64,000 nucleotides of DNA from Myxococcota bacterium (GTDB lineage: Bacteria; Myxococcota_A; UBA796; SXON01). Shown here piece by piece: positions 8,769 through 20,873 of the stretch. A program made the translations under genes and the position numbers. The notes under the pieces are model-generated. The model did no database searches. It saw only the letters and a program-made list of their open reading frames with translations, and was not told the origin of the DNA. Positions within the stretch are counted from its first letter, which is position 1. Each line of letters opens with the position of its first letter. The DNA lies in the NCBI GenBank assembly GCA_040386535.1, contig JAZKFH010000055.1:64001-128000 (forward strand), in the 5' to 3' direction.

Positions 8769-9994
8769 CGGCGCCCTGGGAGGGCTTCCTGCGGGAGCAC
8801 TTCCCGGGCTACCTGCTCCCGGAGACGCGCGTCTCTCGCATCGATCCCGACGAGGCAGCCCTCTTCCTCGCTCGCATGGCCGACCGTCCGCACGCGCTCC
8901 TGCTCGTGCGCGCCGCCGCCCTCGTCGCTGGCAATCTCGACGCGATCGAGGCCCTCGCCGTCCGCGAGCTGCCCGACCTCGTGCGGGGCCTCCCCAGCAC
9001 GACGGAGGCTCGCCCGCGTCGCTGGGAGGGAGGCTTTCAGGGACGTCTCGATGCGCCCGCGACGCAGGCGTTGAACCTCATGGGCGCCGAGACCGCCTTC
9101 ATCACGCGCGCGCGTCGCCGCCACTTCGCCCTCCCGGAGAACCGCGTGCTCCGGCACGTGGCAGGGAAGCTCCTCGCCACCCTGGTGTCGCTCGACGCCG
9201 CTGGCGTGTCAGGTGGCTCCGATTGGGGGGTCCGCGCCCGTGGGTGTGACCTCCCGCTCCGCACCGCGCTCCACGCCAGCGCGCTCCGCCAGGTGCCGGA
9301 CGGCCACCTCGACGCCCCGGATCTCGCCGCCGCCGCGCACGCGCGTCACCCCGCCTACCGGCGCGCGGCCTCCCTCTACGGACGCATCCGCGACACGCTG
9401 GACGCTCGGGATCCCGCGCGGGTCGCCGCGCTCCTCGCGGAGGGGGCGCTGGTGCCGCTCAAGGACTGGACTCGCTTCGAGGTTGCGGTGCTCCTTCGGC
9501 TCGTCCAAGCGATGCACGCGCGACTCGACCGGACACAGCCGGGGCGGTGGAGGCTCGAGCGCGCAGCGTTCCAGAAGGGGCGCGCGGACGTGGCGGCGCT
9601 GCTCCGCGACGACGGCGTCGCCGTCCGCTTCTTCCACAACCAGTCCCTCTTCGAGCCCGGGCAGCGGGAGCGCGGGCTCCGGCACTACTTCAGCAGCGGC
9701 GCCTCCATGCGGCCCGACATCACCCTCCGCTACGAGCGGCCCGGGTCTGCGCCGCTCCACACCGTGGTCGAGGTCAAGCTGTCAGACAAGCCGGAGTACG
9801 TGGCTTCCGGCTACGAGGAGGCCCTCCTGTACGCCTACGAGTACGCAGATCGCCTCCGCGCGTGGCCTCGCGCCATCCTCGTCGCGAGCGGCGTGGTCAC
9901 CGGGAGCGCCTCGCGCGCTCACCCGGTGGTCGCTATTGACTGGGCGCGCTGGGTCCCCGAGGTGGTGCTGGACGGGCTTGTCGAGGGGTTGTGA
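8765..9994 (+). CDS. mcrC: McrC-like / DUF2357-like PD-(D/E)xK nuclease
   Basis: ATGA overlap with the mcrB-like stop; N-terminal GRLD..T....F....PENRVL segment; C-terminal RPDI...VEVK...Y nuclease motif. Confidence 0.75.
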   Translation: MTAPWEGFLREHFPGYLLPETRVSRIDPDEAALFLARMADRPHALLLVRAAALVAGNLDAIEALAVRELPDLVRGLPSTTEARPRRWEGGFQGRLDAPATQALNLMGAETAFITRARRRHFALPENRVLRHVAGKLLATLVSLDAAGVSGGSDWGVRARGCDLPLRTALHASALRQVPDGHLDAPDLAAAAHARHPAYRRAASLYGRIRDTLDARDPARVAALLAEGALVPLKDWTRFEVAVLLRLVQAMHARLDRTQPGRWRLERAAFQKGRADVAALLRDDGVAVRFFHNQSLFEPGQRERGLRHYFSSGASMRPDITLRYERPGSAPLHTVVEVKLSDKPEYVASGYEEALLYAYEYADRLRAWPRAILVASGVVTGSASRAHPVVAIDWARWVPEVVLDGLVEGL

Positions 9995-10120
9995 CGGCTC
10001 GGCGCCACGGTGATCACGGCGCGGGTCGAGGGGGCGAGGGAGCGGGGAGCGGCGCGGGCGCGGGCGCGGAGAGGGCGGGAACGTGCGGAGTCGTGACGCA
10101 CACGCGCCCAGCTGTGCCCC

Positions 10121-10191
10121 TGGTCAGCCGTTGGTCAGCGAACACCTCCCAACACCCCCCTCCACACCCCCGCACCTCCCCACGCTGACCA
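10121..10191. repeat. TGGTCAGC octamers (two direct, one inverted): candidate integrase arm-binding sites
   Basis: TGGTCAGC at 10121-10128 and 10132-10139; reverse complement GCTGACCA at 10184-10191, just upstream of the tRNA fragment. Confidence 0.55.
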
Positions 10192-10233
10192 GTGAATGAT
10201 CCGCAAAGTACCGATGTTTACGCCATGCAAGTG

Positions 10234-10281
10234 TGATTCGTAATCAGCAGGTCGTCGGTTCAAGTCCGATCTTCGGCTCCA
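10234..10281 (+). tRNA. 3' fragment only of tRNA-Thr(CGT) (att-site remnant, not an intact tRNA)
   Basis: TGA-TTCGTAA-TCAGC anticodon arm, GGTTCAAGTCC T-loop, ends CTCCA. No D-arm or 5' acceptor strand upstream. Confidence 0.85.
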
Positions 10282-10289
10282 TCAGATAA

Positions 10290-10329
10290 AGAAGCGCCCG
10301 CCCTGGAGAAATCTGGGGCGGGCGTTTCT
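10290..10329 (+). terminator. Intrinsic terminator hairpin, probably bidirectional
   Basis: AGAAGCGCCCGCCCTGGA-GAAA-TCTGGGGCGGGCGTTTCT directly after the tRNA fragment; convergent gene ends at 10374. Confidence 0.75.
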
Positions 10330-10373
10330 GCGTCTTCGATGCGTGACGGAAATCCGGGTCGCCCGCGGGACGA

Positions 10374-11702
10374 TCAGCTCCGCGCCCTGATGTGTGCCCA
10401 CACGAACCGCACGACCCAGACGGGCCCCGCCACGGCGAGCACGATCAGCAGTGGATCGTAGGGCACCCGGTACCGGATCTCGCCGGTGTAGGCGAGCGCG
10501 GCGAGCACCATCACCACGAGATGGAGGATGGGCACCACGAGCGCGTCCGCGTCGACCGCCCCAGCCCGCGGCCGCCCGGGGAGGCCTCGACGCGCCCACA
10601 GGCTGACCGCCGTGCCGAGCATCCCAAGGGCCGCCAGGGGCAGGAGCCCAGACGCGACGATCCGAGGCCACGCGTCGAGGAGCTCTTTCCTCACCCCCTC
10701 CCCAGCCTGCTTCCGCTCGGGCCACATCACGTTGTCGGCGTAGAGGAAGCGCACATTGCGATTGAGCCGCCCGGCGATGTCCGACCACGAGGACGCCCTG
10801 AATACGCGGTCCCGCTCCGCGTTCAGCGGCCGCGGATCACAGCGGAGGCCCTCGAACCGGAAGTCCGGATCGAACCCGCTCGTCCTGCCTCGCGCGGGCG
10901 GGTGGAACCCGTTGTACTCGGTCACCACCCCCGGGGGCGGCTTGGCCTCCAGCCCCGAGTACTCGCTGAAGGCGAACAGGCTCATCACCGCGCCGTTGTC
11001 CGCAATGAGGCCGACGCGGCCAGTCCGATCGTGGTACCGCGCGGCCCCGAGCGCCACCGCGCACGCCACGGGCACGAGGAAGGCGAGGAGCCCGCGCCAG
11101 GTCCCCGCGCGACGCCAAAGCGCCCACCCGACGAGGAGCGGGACGGCGAGCAGGATCGGCGGGCGGAGCAGATAGGCGAGGCCGGTCACGACGCCCGCGA
11201 GCCCCGCCCCGCGCCCCGTCTGGACGTAGCGCACCCACGCCCACGCGCTCGTCACCAGGGCGAGCGTATAGGGGAGCTCCGACGAGAAGTACCCGCCGTA
11301 CGTCACGAGCGGGTACCAGAGCGCGACGGTGAGGCCTACGATCGCGGCCGCTGCGACGCTCCCGAGGCAGCGCCGGGCGAGCAGGACCGCGATCGGGGCG
11401 ACGAGCGTGCCGAGCGCAACGTGTACCCACCCCATCGCGTCGAGACCATCGGGACCGAAGACCGTCATCTCCGCCGCGTAGAGCCAGTGTGCGCCCGGGG
11501 CGAAGCAGACCTCGGCATCGCTGCCTTCGAGCAGGTCCCGGGCGCGCCCGATGTAGCCCTTCATGTCCGAGAACACGCCGTCCGCCGGCCGCTGGAAATG
11601 GATCAGCCACGCGGCGCGCACCCCGAACGCGACCGCGGTGCTGCCGATCGCGGCGACCCACGTAGCGTCGTGCGCTTCGTCGTTTCTGGGCGGTGAGAGC
11701 AT
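10374..11702 (-). CDS. Polytopic membrane glycosyltransferase (ArnT/GT83-GT39-like)
   Basis: SDMKGY near N-terminus, many TM helices, YFSSELPY, LLRP, C-terminal RYRVPYDP. Confidence 0.7.
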   Translation of the reverse strand: MLSPPRNDEAHDATWVAAIGSTAVAFGVRAAWLIHFQRPADGVFSDMKGYIGRARDLLEGSDAEVCFAPGAHWLYAAEMTVFGPDGLDAMGWVHVALGTLVAPIAVLLARRCLGSVAAAAIVGLTVALWYPLVTYGGYFSSELPYTLALVTSAWAWVRYVQTGRGAGLAGVVTGLAYLLRPPILLAVPLLVGWALWRRAGTWRGLLAFLVPVACAVALGAARYHDRTGRVGLIADNGAVMSLFAFSEYSGLEAKPPPGVVTEYNGFHPPARGRTSGFDPDFRFEGLRCDPRPLNAERDRVFRASSWSDIAGRLNRNVRFLYADNVMWPERKQAGEGVRKELLDAWPRIVASGLLPLAALGMLGTAVSLWARRGLPGRPRAGAVDADALVVPILHLVVMVLAALAYTGEIRYRVPYDPLLIVLAVAGPVWVVRFVWAHIRARS

Positions 11703-11824
11703 CGGGGGGCCCCCAGTGTAACGTCGAGCGCGCCCCCGCCAACCGCTCCTCGGACGGCGGGTGGAGTGCGTCTCCCGACTTGCGACGGTATTCCGGAGGC
11801 GCGCGCGACTGGTTACCCGCCCGC

Positions 11825-14122
11825 ATGCCCGCTCCCGAACACGACGACGCGTCCGCCACCCCCTTCGCACCGCTCGCCGCCGTCCTCGCCAACGTCAGCC
11901 GCCCCGGCGACTTCTGCGCGCATGGCACCGTCGTCACGCCCATTCCCCGCATCGACGTCGGGGGCGTCGGCACGATCGCGTTCCCGTTGCCGCCGTTCCA
12001 GGCCGAGCAGCTCCTCGCGGCGGCCGAGGCGGCTCCGTATGGCCGCGGCGCCGACACCCTCGTGGACCCCGACGTGCGGCGCGCCTGGCAGATCTCGCCC
12101 GGGCGCGTGCGGCTGGACGATCGGCAGTGGGACAAGACGCTCGCGAGCATCGTGGCGAGCGCCGCGGCCGGCCTCGGGGTCGACGGCGACGTGACGGCCG
12201 AGCTGTACAAGATGCTCGTCTACGACGCAGGCGGCTTCTTCGTGCCGCACCGCGACACCGAGAAGGCGCCGAGCATGTTCGGGACGCTGGTGATCGTCCT
12301 GCCGTCCACGTACCGGGGCGGCGATCTCGTCGTGCGCCATGGTGGGCGCGAGGCCGTGCTGACGCTCCCCGGCGAGGACGTGGCGCGCGTGTCGTGGGGC
12401 GCGTTCTACGCGGACTGTGTGCACGAGCTCCGCCCCATCACCAACGGATATCGGTTGTGCCTCGTCTACAATCTTCTGCGCATCGGCACGTCGCGGCCGG
12501 TGGCACCCGACCACTCCCGCGAGGTCGAGGGCGTGGCGGCCTTCCTCGAGGAGTGGGCGCGGAGCACGGACGCCTCCGAGCAGCTCGAGGACGACGAGGA
12601 GGGGTACGACGAGCCGCCCGTGTACCCGAACAAGCTCGTCCACCTCCTCGAGCACCACTACACACCCGCCGAGCTCTCCTTCGACACGCTCAAGAACCGC
12701 GACGCCGCGCTCGCCTCCGTGCTCCTCGCCGCCGCGGAGCTCGGCGACGCCGTCGTCCACCTCGCCATGGTCTCGATCGAGGAGTCCGGATCAGCGGAGC
12801 CGCTGTACGACGAGCGGCGACACGGGCACTGGGGGCGCTACGAGGACGAGGACGAGGACCAGGACTTCGAGATCCACGAGATCTTCGAGCGTGTTGAAAC
12901 GGTGAGCGGCTGGGTGCGGGCCGACGAGCAAGAGGTCACTCTCGGTGCGCTCCCCATCGACGAGGACGAGCTCTTCCCGCCCGACGCGCTCGACGACGAG
13001 GAGCCCGACGAGAAGCACCTCCACGAGGCCACCGGCAACGGCGGCGCCAGCTTCGAGCGCACCTACCGCCGCGCGGCGCTCGTGGTCTGGCCCCGAAGCC
13101 TGGAGCTCGCGGTCGTGGCGCAGGCGCCGCTCGCGTCGCTCGTCGGGATGCTCCTGCCCCTCGTCACCTCGACCGATCCAGGAGAGCGCCTCCGCGGCCA
13201 GGCGCTCGCGACGAGGATCATCGAGGGGCCCCCGTCCGGGAGCGGGACGGGACGGGTCGACCTGCTGAGCGTCCTCCTTCGCCTCGGCGATCCCGCGCTG
13301 GTGGCCCGCTACGTCCGTGCTCACCTCCAGCACGGCTTCGCCCCCACCGAGATCGACACGCTCCTGGCGTGCCACGGGCTGCTCGGAGGCGCCGTGTTGG
13401 CGGCGCTCGTGGCCTCCATCTTCGAGACCAACGCCCCCGCGCGGGCACCCGTGTGCCTCGATCTGCTCGACCGGCTCGTCACGATAGACCCCTCCGCGGC
13501 ACGCACGGCCGCGCCGGTGCTGCTCGCCCGCCTCCCCGGCGATCCGACGGCGGAGGGAAACATCCCCGAGCACCTCCGCGCCCGGCCCGACGCTGGGTGG
13601 CTGACCCGCCTCCTGGACGTCCTGCTTCGCCTCTCCGACCCTCCGCTCCTCGACCGCGCGGTCGCCTACACACGCGACTGCCTCGCCCCCCAGCACCTCG
13701 ACGCCATCGTGCTTCCCGCGGTGCTCGACCTCTGGCGCGACGGAGCCGCAACCAACGCTGCCGCCGCGTTGGCACCGCTCCACACGTTGTGTGTCACCCA
13801 CCTTCGCCGACGCGTGGCAGAGCCGTGTGAGGCCCCGACCGATTGGACGCGCGAAGCGCACGGGACATGCAGGTGCGCCGATTGTGTCACGTTCCGCGCC
13901 TTCCTCGTGAGCCCGCGGGAGCAGCGTTGGGAGCTCAAGGCCGTGCAGGGCCGGCGCACACACGTCGAGTCCCAGCTGTCCGGCGCCGACGTCGATATCC
14001 GGACCGAACGGAAGGGGAGCCCGCACACGCTGGTGTGTGTGAAGAATCGACGGTCCTACGAACGTCGGTTCGCCCAACGGGAAGCCGATCGGGCGGCGCT
14101 CGTGACGCTTGGGGTGGGGTGA
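11825..14122 (+). CDS. Large 2OG-Fe(II) oxygenase family protein
   Basis: LYKMLVYDAGGFFVPHRDTEK...FGTLV...GGDL...AFYADCVHELRPITNGYRLCLVYNL (HxD...H...R); long helical C-terminal extension with CxCxDC. Confidence 0.85.
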   Translation: MPAPEHDDASATPFAPLAAVLANVSRPGDFCAHGTVVTPIPRIDVGGVGTIAFPLPPFQAEQLLAAAEAAPYGRGADTLVDPDVRRAWQISPGRVRLDDRQWDKTLASIVASAAAGLGVDGDVTAELYKMLVYDAGGFFVPHRDTEKAPSMFGTLVIVLPSTYRGGDLVVRHGGREAVLTLPGEDVARVSWGAFYADCVHELRPITNGYRLCLVYNLLRIGTSRPVAPDHSREVEGVAAFLEEWARSTDASEQLEDDEEGYDEPPVYPNKLVHLLEHHYTPAELSFDTLKNRDAALASVLLAAAELGDAVVHLAMVSIEESGSAEPLYDERRHGHWGRYEDEDEDQDFEIHEIFERVETVSGWVRADEQEVTLGALPIDEDELFPPDALDDEEPDEKHLHEATGNGGASFERTYRRAALVVWPRSLELAVVAQAPLASLVGMLLPLVTSTDPGERLRGQALATRIIEGPPSGSGTGRVDLLSVLLRLGDPALVARYVRAHLQHGFAPTEIDTLLACHGLLGGAVLAALVASIFETNAPARAPVCLDLLDRLVTIDPSAARTAAPVLLARLPGDPTAEGNIPEHLRARPDAGWLTRLLDVLLRLSDPPLLDRAVAYTRDCLAPQHLDAIVLPAVLDLWRDGAATNAAAALAPLHTLCVTHLRRRVAEPCEAPTDWTREAHGTCRCADCVTFRAFLVSPREQRWELKAVQGRRTHVESQLSGADVDIRTERKGSPHTLVCVKNRRSYERRFAQREADRAALVTLGVG

Positions 14123-14132
14123 GGCTGCGCAT

Positions 14133-16496
14133 TCATCCCACGGCGACCGCATCCGGCGCGAGGGTGAAGAAAAAGGTGGCTCCGTGGCCGACCATACCCT
14201 GGGCCCAGATCCGCCCGCCGTGCCGTTGGACGATCCGCTGTACCGTCGCGAGCCCGATGCCGGTCCCCTCGAATTCGTGCGTTCCGTGTAGCCGCTCGAA
14301 GGGGGCGAAGAGGCGGACCGCGTGGGCCATGTCGAAGCCGGCGCCGTCGTCACGGACGAAGAACACGCGCTCGCCCCCCTCGGTCCGCGCGCCGAACGTG
14401 ATGTGCGCAGGCCTGCGACCGGAGGAGAACTTCCAGGCGTTCTCCAGCAGGTTCTGCAGCGCGCTCCGGAGGAGCGTCCCGTCCCCTTCGGCCGTCAGTG
14501 CCGTCTCCACGGTGACGACCACGTCGCGAGTGGGGTCTGCCACGCGCAGGTCGGCCACGATGGAGCTCGCGAGGGCGCCGAGGTCGACCCGTTCGCAACG
14601 GAGCGCGCAACGCGAGACGCGCGAGAGACGAAGGAGGTCGTCGATCAGTTGGGCCATGCGGCCCACCGCGGCGCGGATGCGGCCGAGGTTTTTACGCGAA
14701 GAGGCGCTGAGCGCGTCCTGCTCGTCTTGAACGAGGATCTGGCTGAAGCCGTCGATGGCCCGAAGGGGCGCCCGCAAGTCGTGGGAGACCGTGTAGCAGA
14801 ACGTCTCCAGGTCCCGGTTGGTTTGCGAGAGCTCCCGGGTGCGCTCGGAGACGAGCTCCGCGAGGTGGTCCCGGTGCTGGAGGAGCTCCTCCTCGGCTCT
14901 GCGCTGCGCCGTAACGTCACGAAAACTCCAGACCCGGCCGACAACCTCGGCGTCGAGGCGTTGCGGCCGCGAGTACCGCTCGAGGATGCGCCCGTCTTGC
15001 AGGTGCAGCACGTCGAAGCTGTCCTCCTCGGGCCGTGTGTAGATTTCGCGGATGCGCACGGCGAAGCCCTCCGGATCGAGGAGCTGGTCCTCGGCGTGCT
15101 GCACGCCGAGCTCGTGGTCGCCGGTCTCGAGGACCTCGGCGGGGATCCGCCACATGGCGATGTAGCGCTGGTTGAAACCGGCGAGGCGGCGTGCGCGGTC
15201 GACCACGACCAGGCCCTCTCCGCTCGCCTCCAGGGTGGCCTCCAGGAGAGAAAGCGCGCGTAGGCGGCCGTGCTCCGCCCGCCTGCGCTCGTCGATGTCG
15301 GTGAGCGCCCCGACAATTGCCACGACGCGGCCATCGCGCACCACGGGGGCCTCGTTGACCTCCACCCACAGCGGATCCCCGGACCGGCTGCGCACCTCGA
15401 TCTCGTAGGCTGGCTGGCGCTGCCTCGTCCGGATCGCGCGCTCGGTGGCCTCCATCGCGAGTCGGTTGCTCGCGGAATCGGGCACGAAATCCGTCCAGCG
15501 GACCTTCGCCTCGTCGGGGTCACACCCGAAGAAGTGCCTGGACTGGGGGCTCATGTACGTGAACACCTGCTCCAGGTCGTGGGCGTAGAACATGTTGGTG
15601 CTGTGCTCGATGACGTCCCGGAGCCGCGCCTCGCTGTCCTGCACCGCCCGGGTCAGGCGATGGATCTCCGTGATGTCGGACGCGACACCGCCGACGGAGC
15701 GGGGCACACCATCGGGTCCGATGAGCGGAAACTTGGACACGAGGAAGGTGTGGGGTCGATCGTCCCGCGGGATCATCTGCTCGACCTCGACGACGCTCCG
15801 CGTCGCGAACACCTTGCCGTCCTCCCGTTTGAACCTCTCCGCGATCTCCGCCGAGAAGAGCTCCTCGTCCGTGCGCCCGAGGATCTCCTCCCGCCCCCGG
15901 CCCACGAACACCTCGAACGAACGGTTCACGACGGAGTAGCGCCCGCGCGTGTCCTTCATGAACACCACCGCGGGGAGGTTTTCGAGGATGGTAGCCAGGA
16001 AGCGGCCGCGATCCTCCTCGGCCGACGCGCCCGCCCGTGTCGCCAGGACCGTGGCCACCGGGATGCCCGCCGCGACCAACAGCCCGGGGAACGCGCGCAC
16101 CGCGTCGGCCCAGGCCATGGGCTCTCCTCGCAGGGCGAACGTGATCGTCGCCGTGGCCGCGACCGCCAACGTGCACCCCATCGCACGGACGAACGAGCGG
16201 CCCGCCCGGAGGGGCGCATCGAGCCGGAGGAGTGCCGCTCCGGCCGCCGCTGGGACCGTCGCCGCGACAGCGTGCAGCAGCGCCCACGCGAGGGGCAGGG
16301 GGCCCGCGAGGTTGCTGGCGAGCACGCCGACGAGCGCACCCACGAACCCCCAGGGGCCGAGGACGAGCGGTGCGGCGAAGACCACGGTGAGGGTCAGCGC
16401 GGGCGTCCCGCTGGCCGGCGCACCCGACGCGAACGCCGCCCCTGCCGCTACGACCGCGGACGCCAGGAGCTTGGTCGCCAGGGTGTCGCCGCGCAC
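14133..16496 (-). CDS. Membrane sensor histidine kinase with three PAS domains
   Basis: H-box VSHDLRAPL, N-box NLLENAWKF, DDGAGF, GTGIGL; PAS repeats; N-terminal TM region. GTG at 16496 has a GGAGG SD; the ORF extends to 16565. Confidence 0.9.
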   Translation of the reverse strand: MRGDTLATKLLASAVVAAGAAFASGAPASGTPALTLTVVFAAPLVLGPWGFVGALVGVLASNLAGPLPLAWALLHAVAATVPAAAGAALLRLDAPLRAGRSFVRAMGCTLAVAATATITFALRGEPMAWADAVRAFPGLLVAAGIPVATVLATRAGASAEEDRGRFLATILENLPAVVFMKDTRGRYSVVNRSFEVFVGRGREEILGRTDEELFSAEIAERFKREDGKVFATRSVVEVEQMIPRDDRPHTFLVSKFPLIGPDGVPRSVGGVASDITEIHRLTRAVQDSEARLRDVIEHSTNMFYAHDLEQVFTYMSPQSRHFFGCDPDEAKVRWTDFVPDSASNRLAMEATERAIRTRQRQPAYEIEVRSRSGDPLWVEVNEAPVVRDGRVVAIVGALTDIDERRRAEHGRLRALSLLEATLEASGEGLVVVDRARRLAGFNQRYIAMWRIPAEVLETGDHELGVQHAEDQLLDPEGFAVRIREIYTRPEEDSFDVLHLQDGRILERYSRPQRLDAEVVGRVWSFRDVTAQRRAEEELLQHRDHLAELVSERTRELSQTNRDLETFCYTVSHDLRAPLRAIDGFSQILVQDEQDALSASSRKNLGRIRAAVGRMAQLIDDLLRLSRVSRCALRCERVDLGALASSIVADLRVADPTRDVVVTVETALTAEGDGTLLRSALQNLLENAWKFSSGRRPAHITFGARTEGGERVFFVRDDGAGFDMAHAVRLFAPFERLHGTHEFEGTGIGLATVQRIVQRHGGRIWAQGMVGHGATFFFTLAPDAVAVG

Positions 16497-16513
16497 GGCA
16501 CCTCCGTCCCAAA

Positions 16514-19682
<3,169 letters not shown>

Positions 19683-19693
<11 letters not shown>

Positions 19694-20873
19694 GGCCTTC
19701 CCCCAGCTCGCTCTTCGCCAGCTCGCTCTTGAGGGTGAAGGCGCCCTCGACGACGACCGGCTCGCCGGGGGTCAGGCCCTCCGCGAGGTGGACGTCACTT
19801 CCGTGCCGCGACGCGACGCGCACGGTGCGCGTGGTGAAGGTGTCGGGCGCGGTCTGGACGAACACGATCGTGCGGCCCTCGACGTCCTGGAGGGCCTCGG
19901 CGGGCACCACCACGAGCGCCGGAGTTCCGGCGTCGGCGACCGCGAGTCCGAGATCCGCCCGCGCGAACATTCCTGGCTTGAGCCGATGGTCGGCGTTCGG
20001 CACCACCACCCGCAGCTCGACCGTGCGGCTCGCGGGCTGGACCACGCCGCCCACCCAGTCGACCGTGCCGGTGAACACCTCGCCGGGCCACGCGTCCACG
20101 CCGAAGCGCACCGGCTGGCCCTTCGCGACGGTGGCGAGGTCGCGCTCGTACACGTCGACGAGGAGCCACACCTCGTCGAGGTCCCCGATGTGGAACAGGC
20201 CCGCGCCGGGCTCCACGGCCTGGCCGACCCGCGCGTCCGCGGCGAGGATCTCGCCCGCGATCGGCGCCCGGAGTGGGAACCGGGAGGGGAAGTGGCCGTC
20301 GCGCCCGGCGTCCGGACGTACGCCCAGGACGCGGAGCCGCTCCTCGGCGGCCTCCAGCTCGCTCGCCGCCACCTTCAGCTCGGCCTCGGCCTGCGCCACC
20401 TCCGCGCGGGAGGAGACCCCCTGGCCCTCGAGCCCGCGGAGGCGCTCGGCGCGGGCGTCCGCGACCTCGCTCCGCGCCCCGGCCGTGTGGAACGCCGCGA
20501 CCGCCTCCCCGAGCTCCGCGGAGACGACCGTCGCGAGGGTCTGGCCGTTCGTCACCCGGTCGCCGGCGCGCACGAGGATGCGGTCGACCTGGCCCGCGGC
20601 GAGCGCGCTCACCTGCGCCTCGCGCCGCGGATCGAGCGTCACCCGCGCGCTCGTCGTGAACGCGCCCGACGCCGCGCGGGTCGACGCGGGGGCGATGCGA
20701 AGGGCGGCGACCACGAGGCCCTCCGCGGAGAGCGTCACCGACTCGGCGTGGGCGGCCCCCTCGTGCTCCTCGTGCTCCTCGTGCTCCTCGTGACCCGCTT
20801 CCTCGTGCGCGGGCTCCCCGCCGACCCGGGAGCAACCGACCGCGAACGCCAGCACCATCCCGAGCGGCCTCAT
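19683..20873 (-). CDS. czcB: CzcB/CusB-type periplasmic adaptor (MFP) with His/Glu-rich N-terminus
   Basis: Lipoprotein-like signal, HEEHEEHEEH tract, APIAG, LKPGMF motifs; overlaps czcA and the tolC-like gene. Confidence 0.9.

Larger units (their letters stand above)
1..10281. mobile_element. Distal (right) part of a genomic island/integrative element inserted in tRNA-Thr(CGT)
   Basis: Ends in a displaced tRNA 3' fragment with terminator and arm-like repeats; carries defence-like cargo. The integrase and intact tRNA would lie left of the window (not seen). Confidence 0.6.

Noticed and set aside
10200..10281. Intact tRNA-Thr gene
   Set aside because: The sequence upstream of 10234 cannot form the D-arm or pair with the acceptor 3' strand; only the 3' half is present.
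20758..20810. 9-bp tandem repeat as a contingency locus
   Set aside because: In-frame repeat encoding the HEE metal-binding tract of the adaptor; length changes would not shift the frame.
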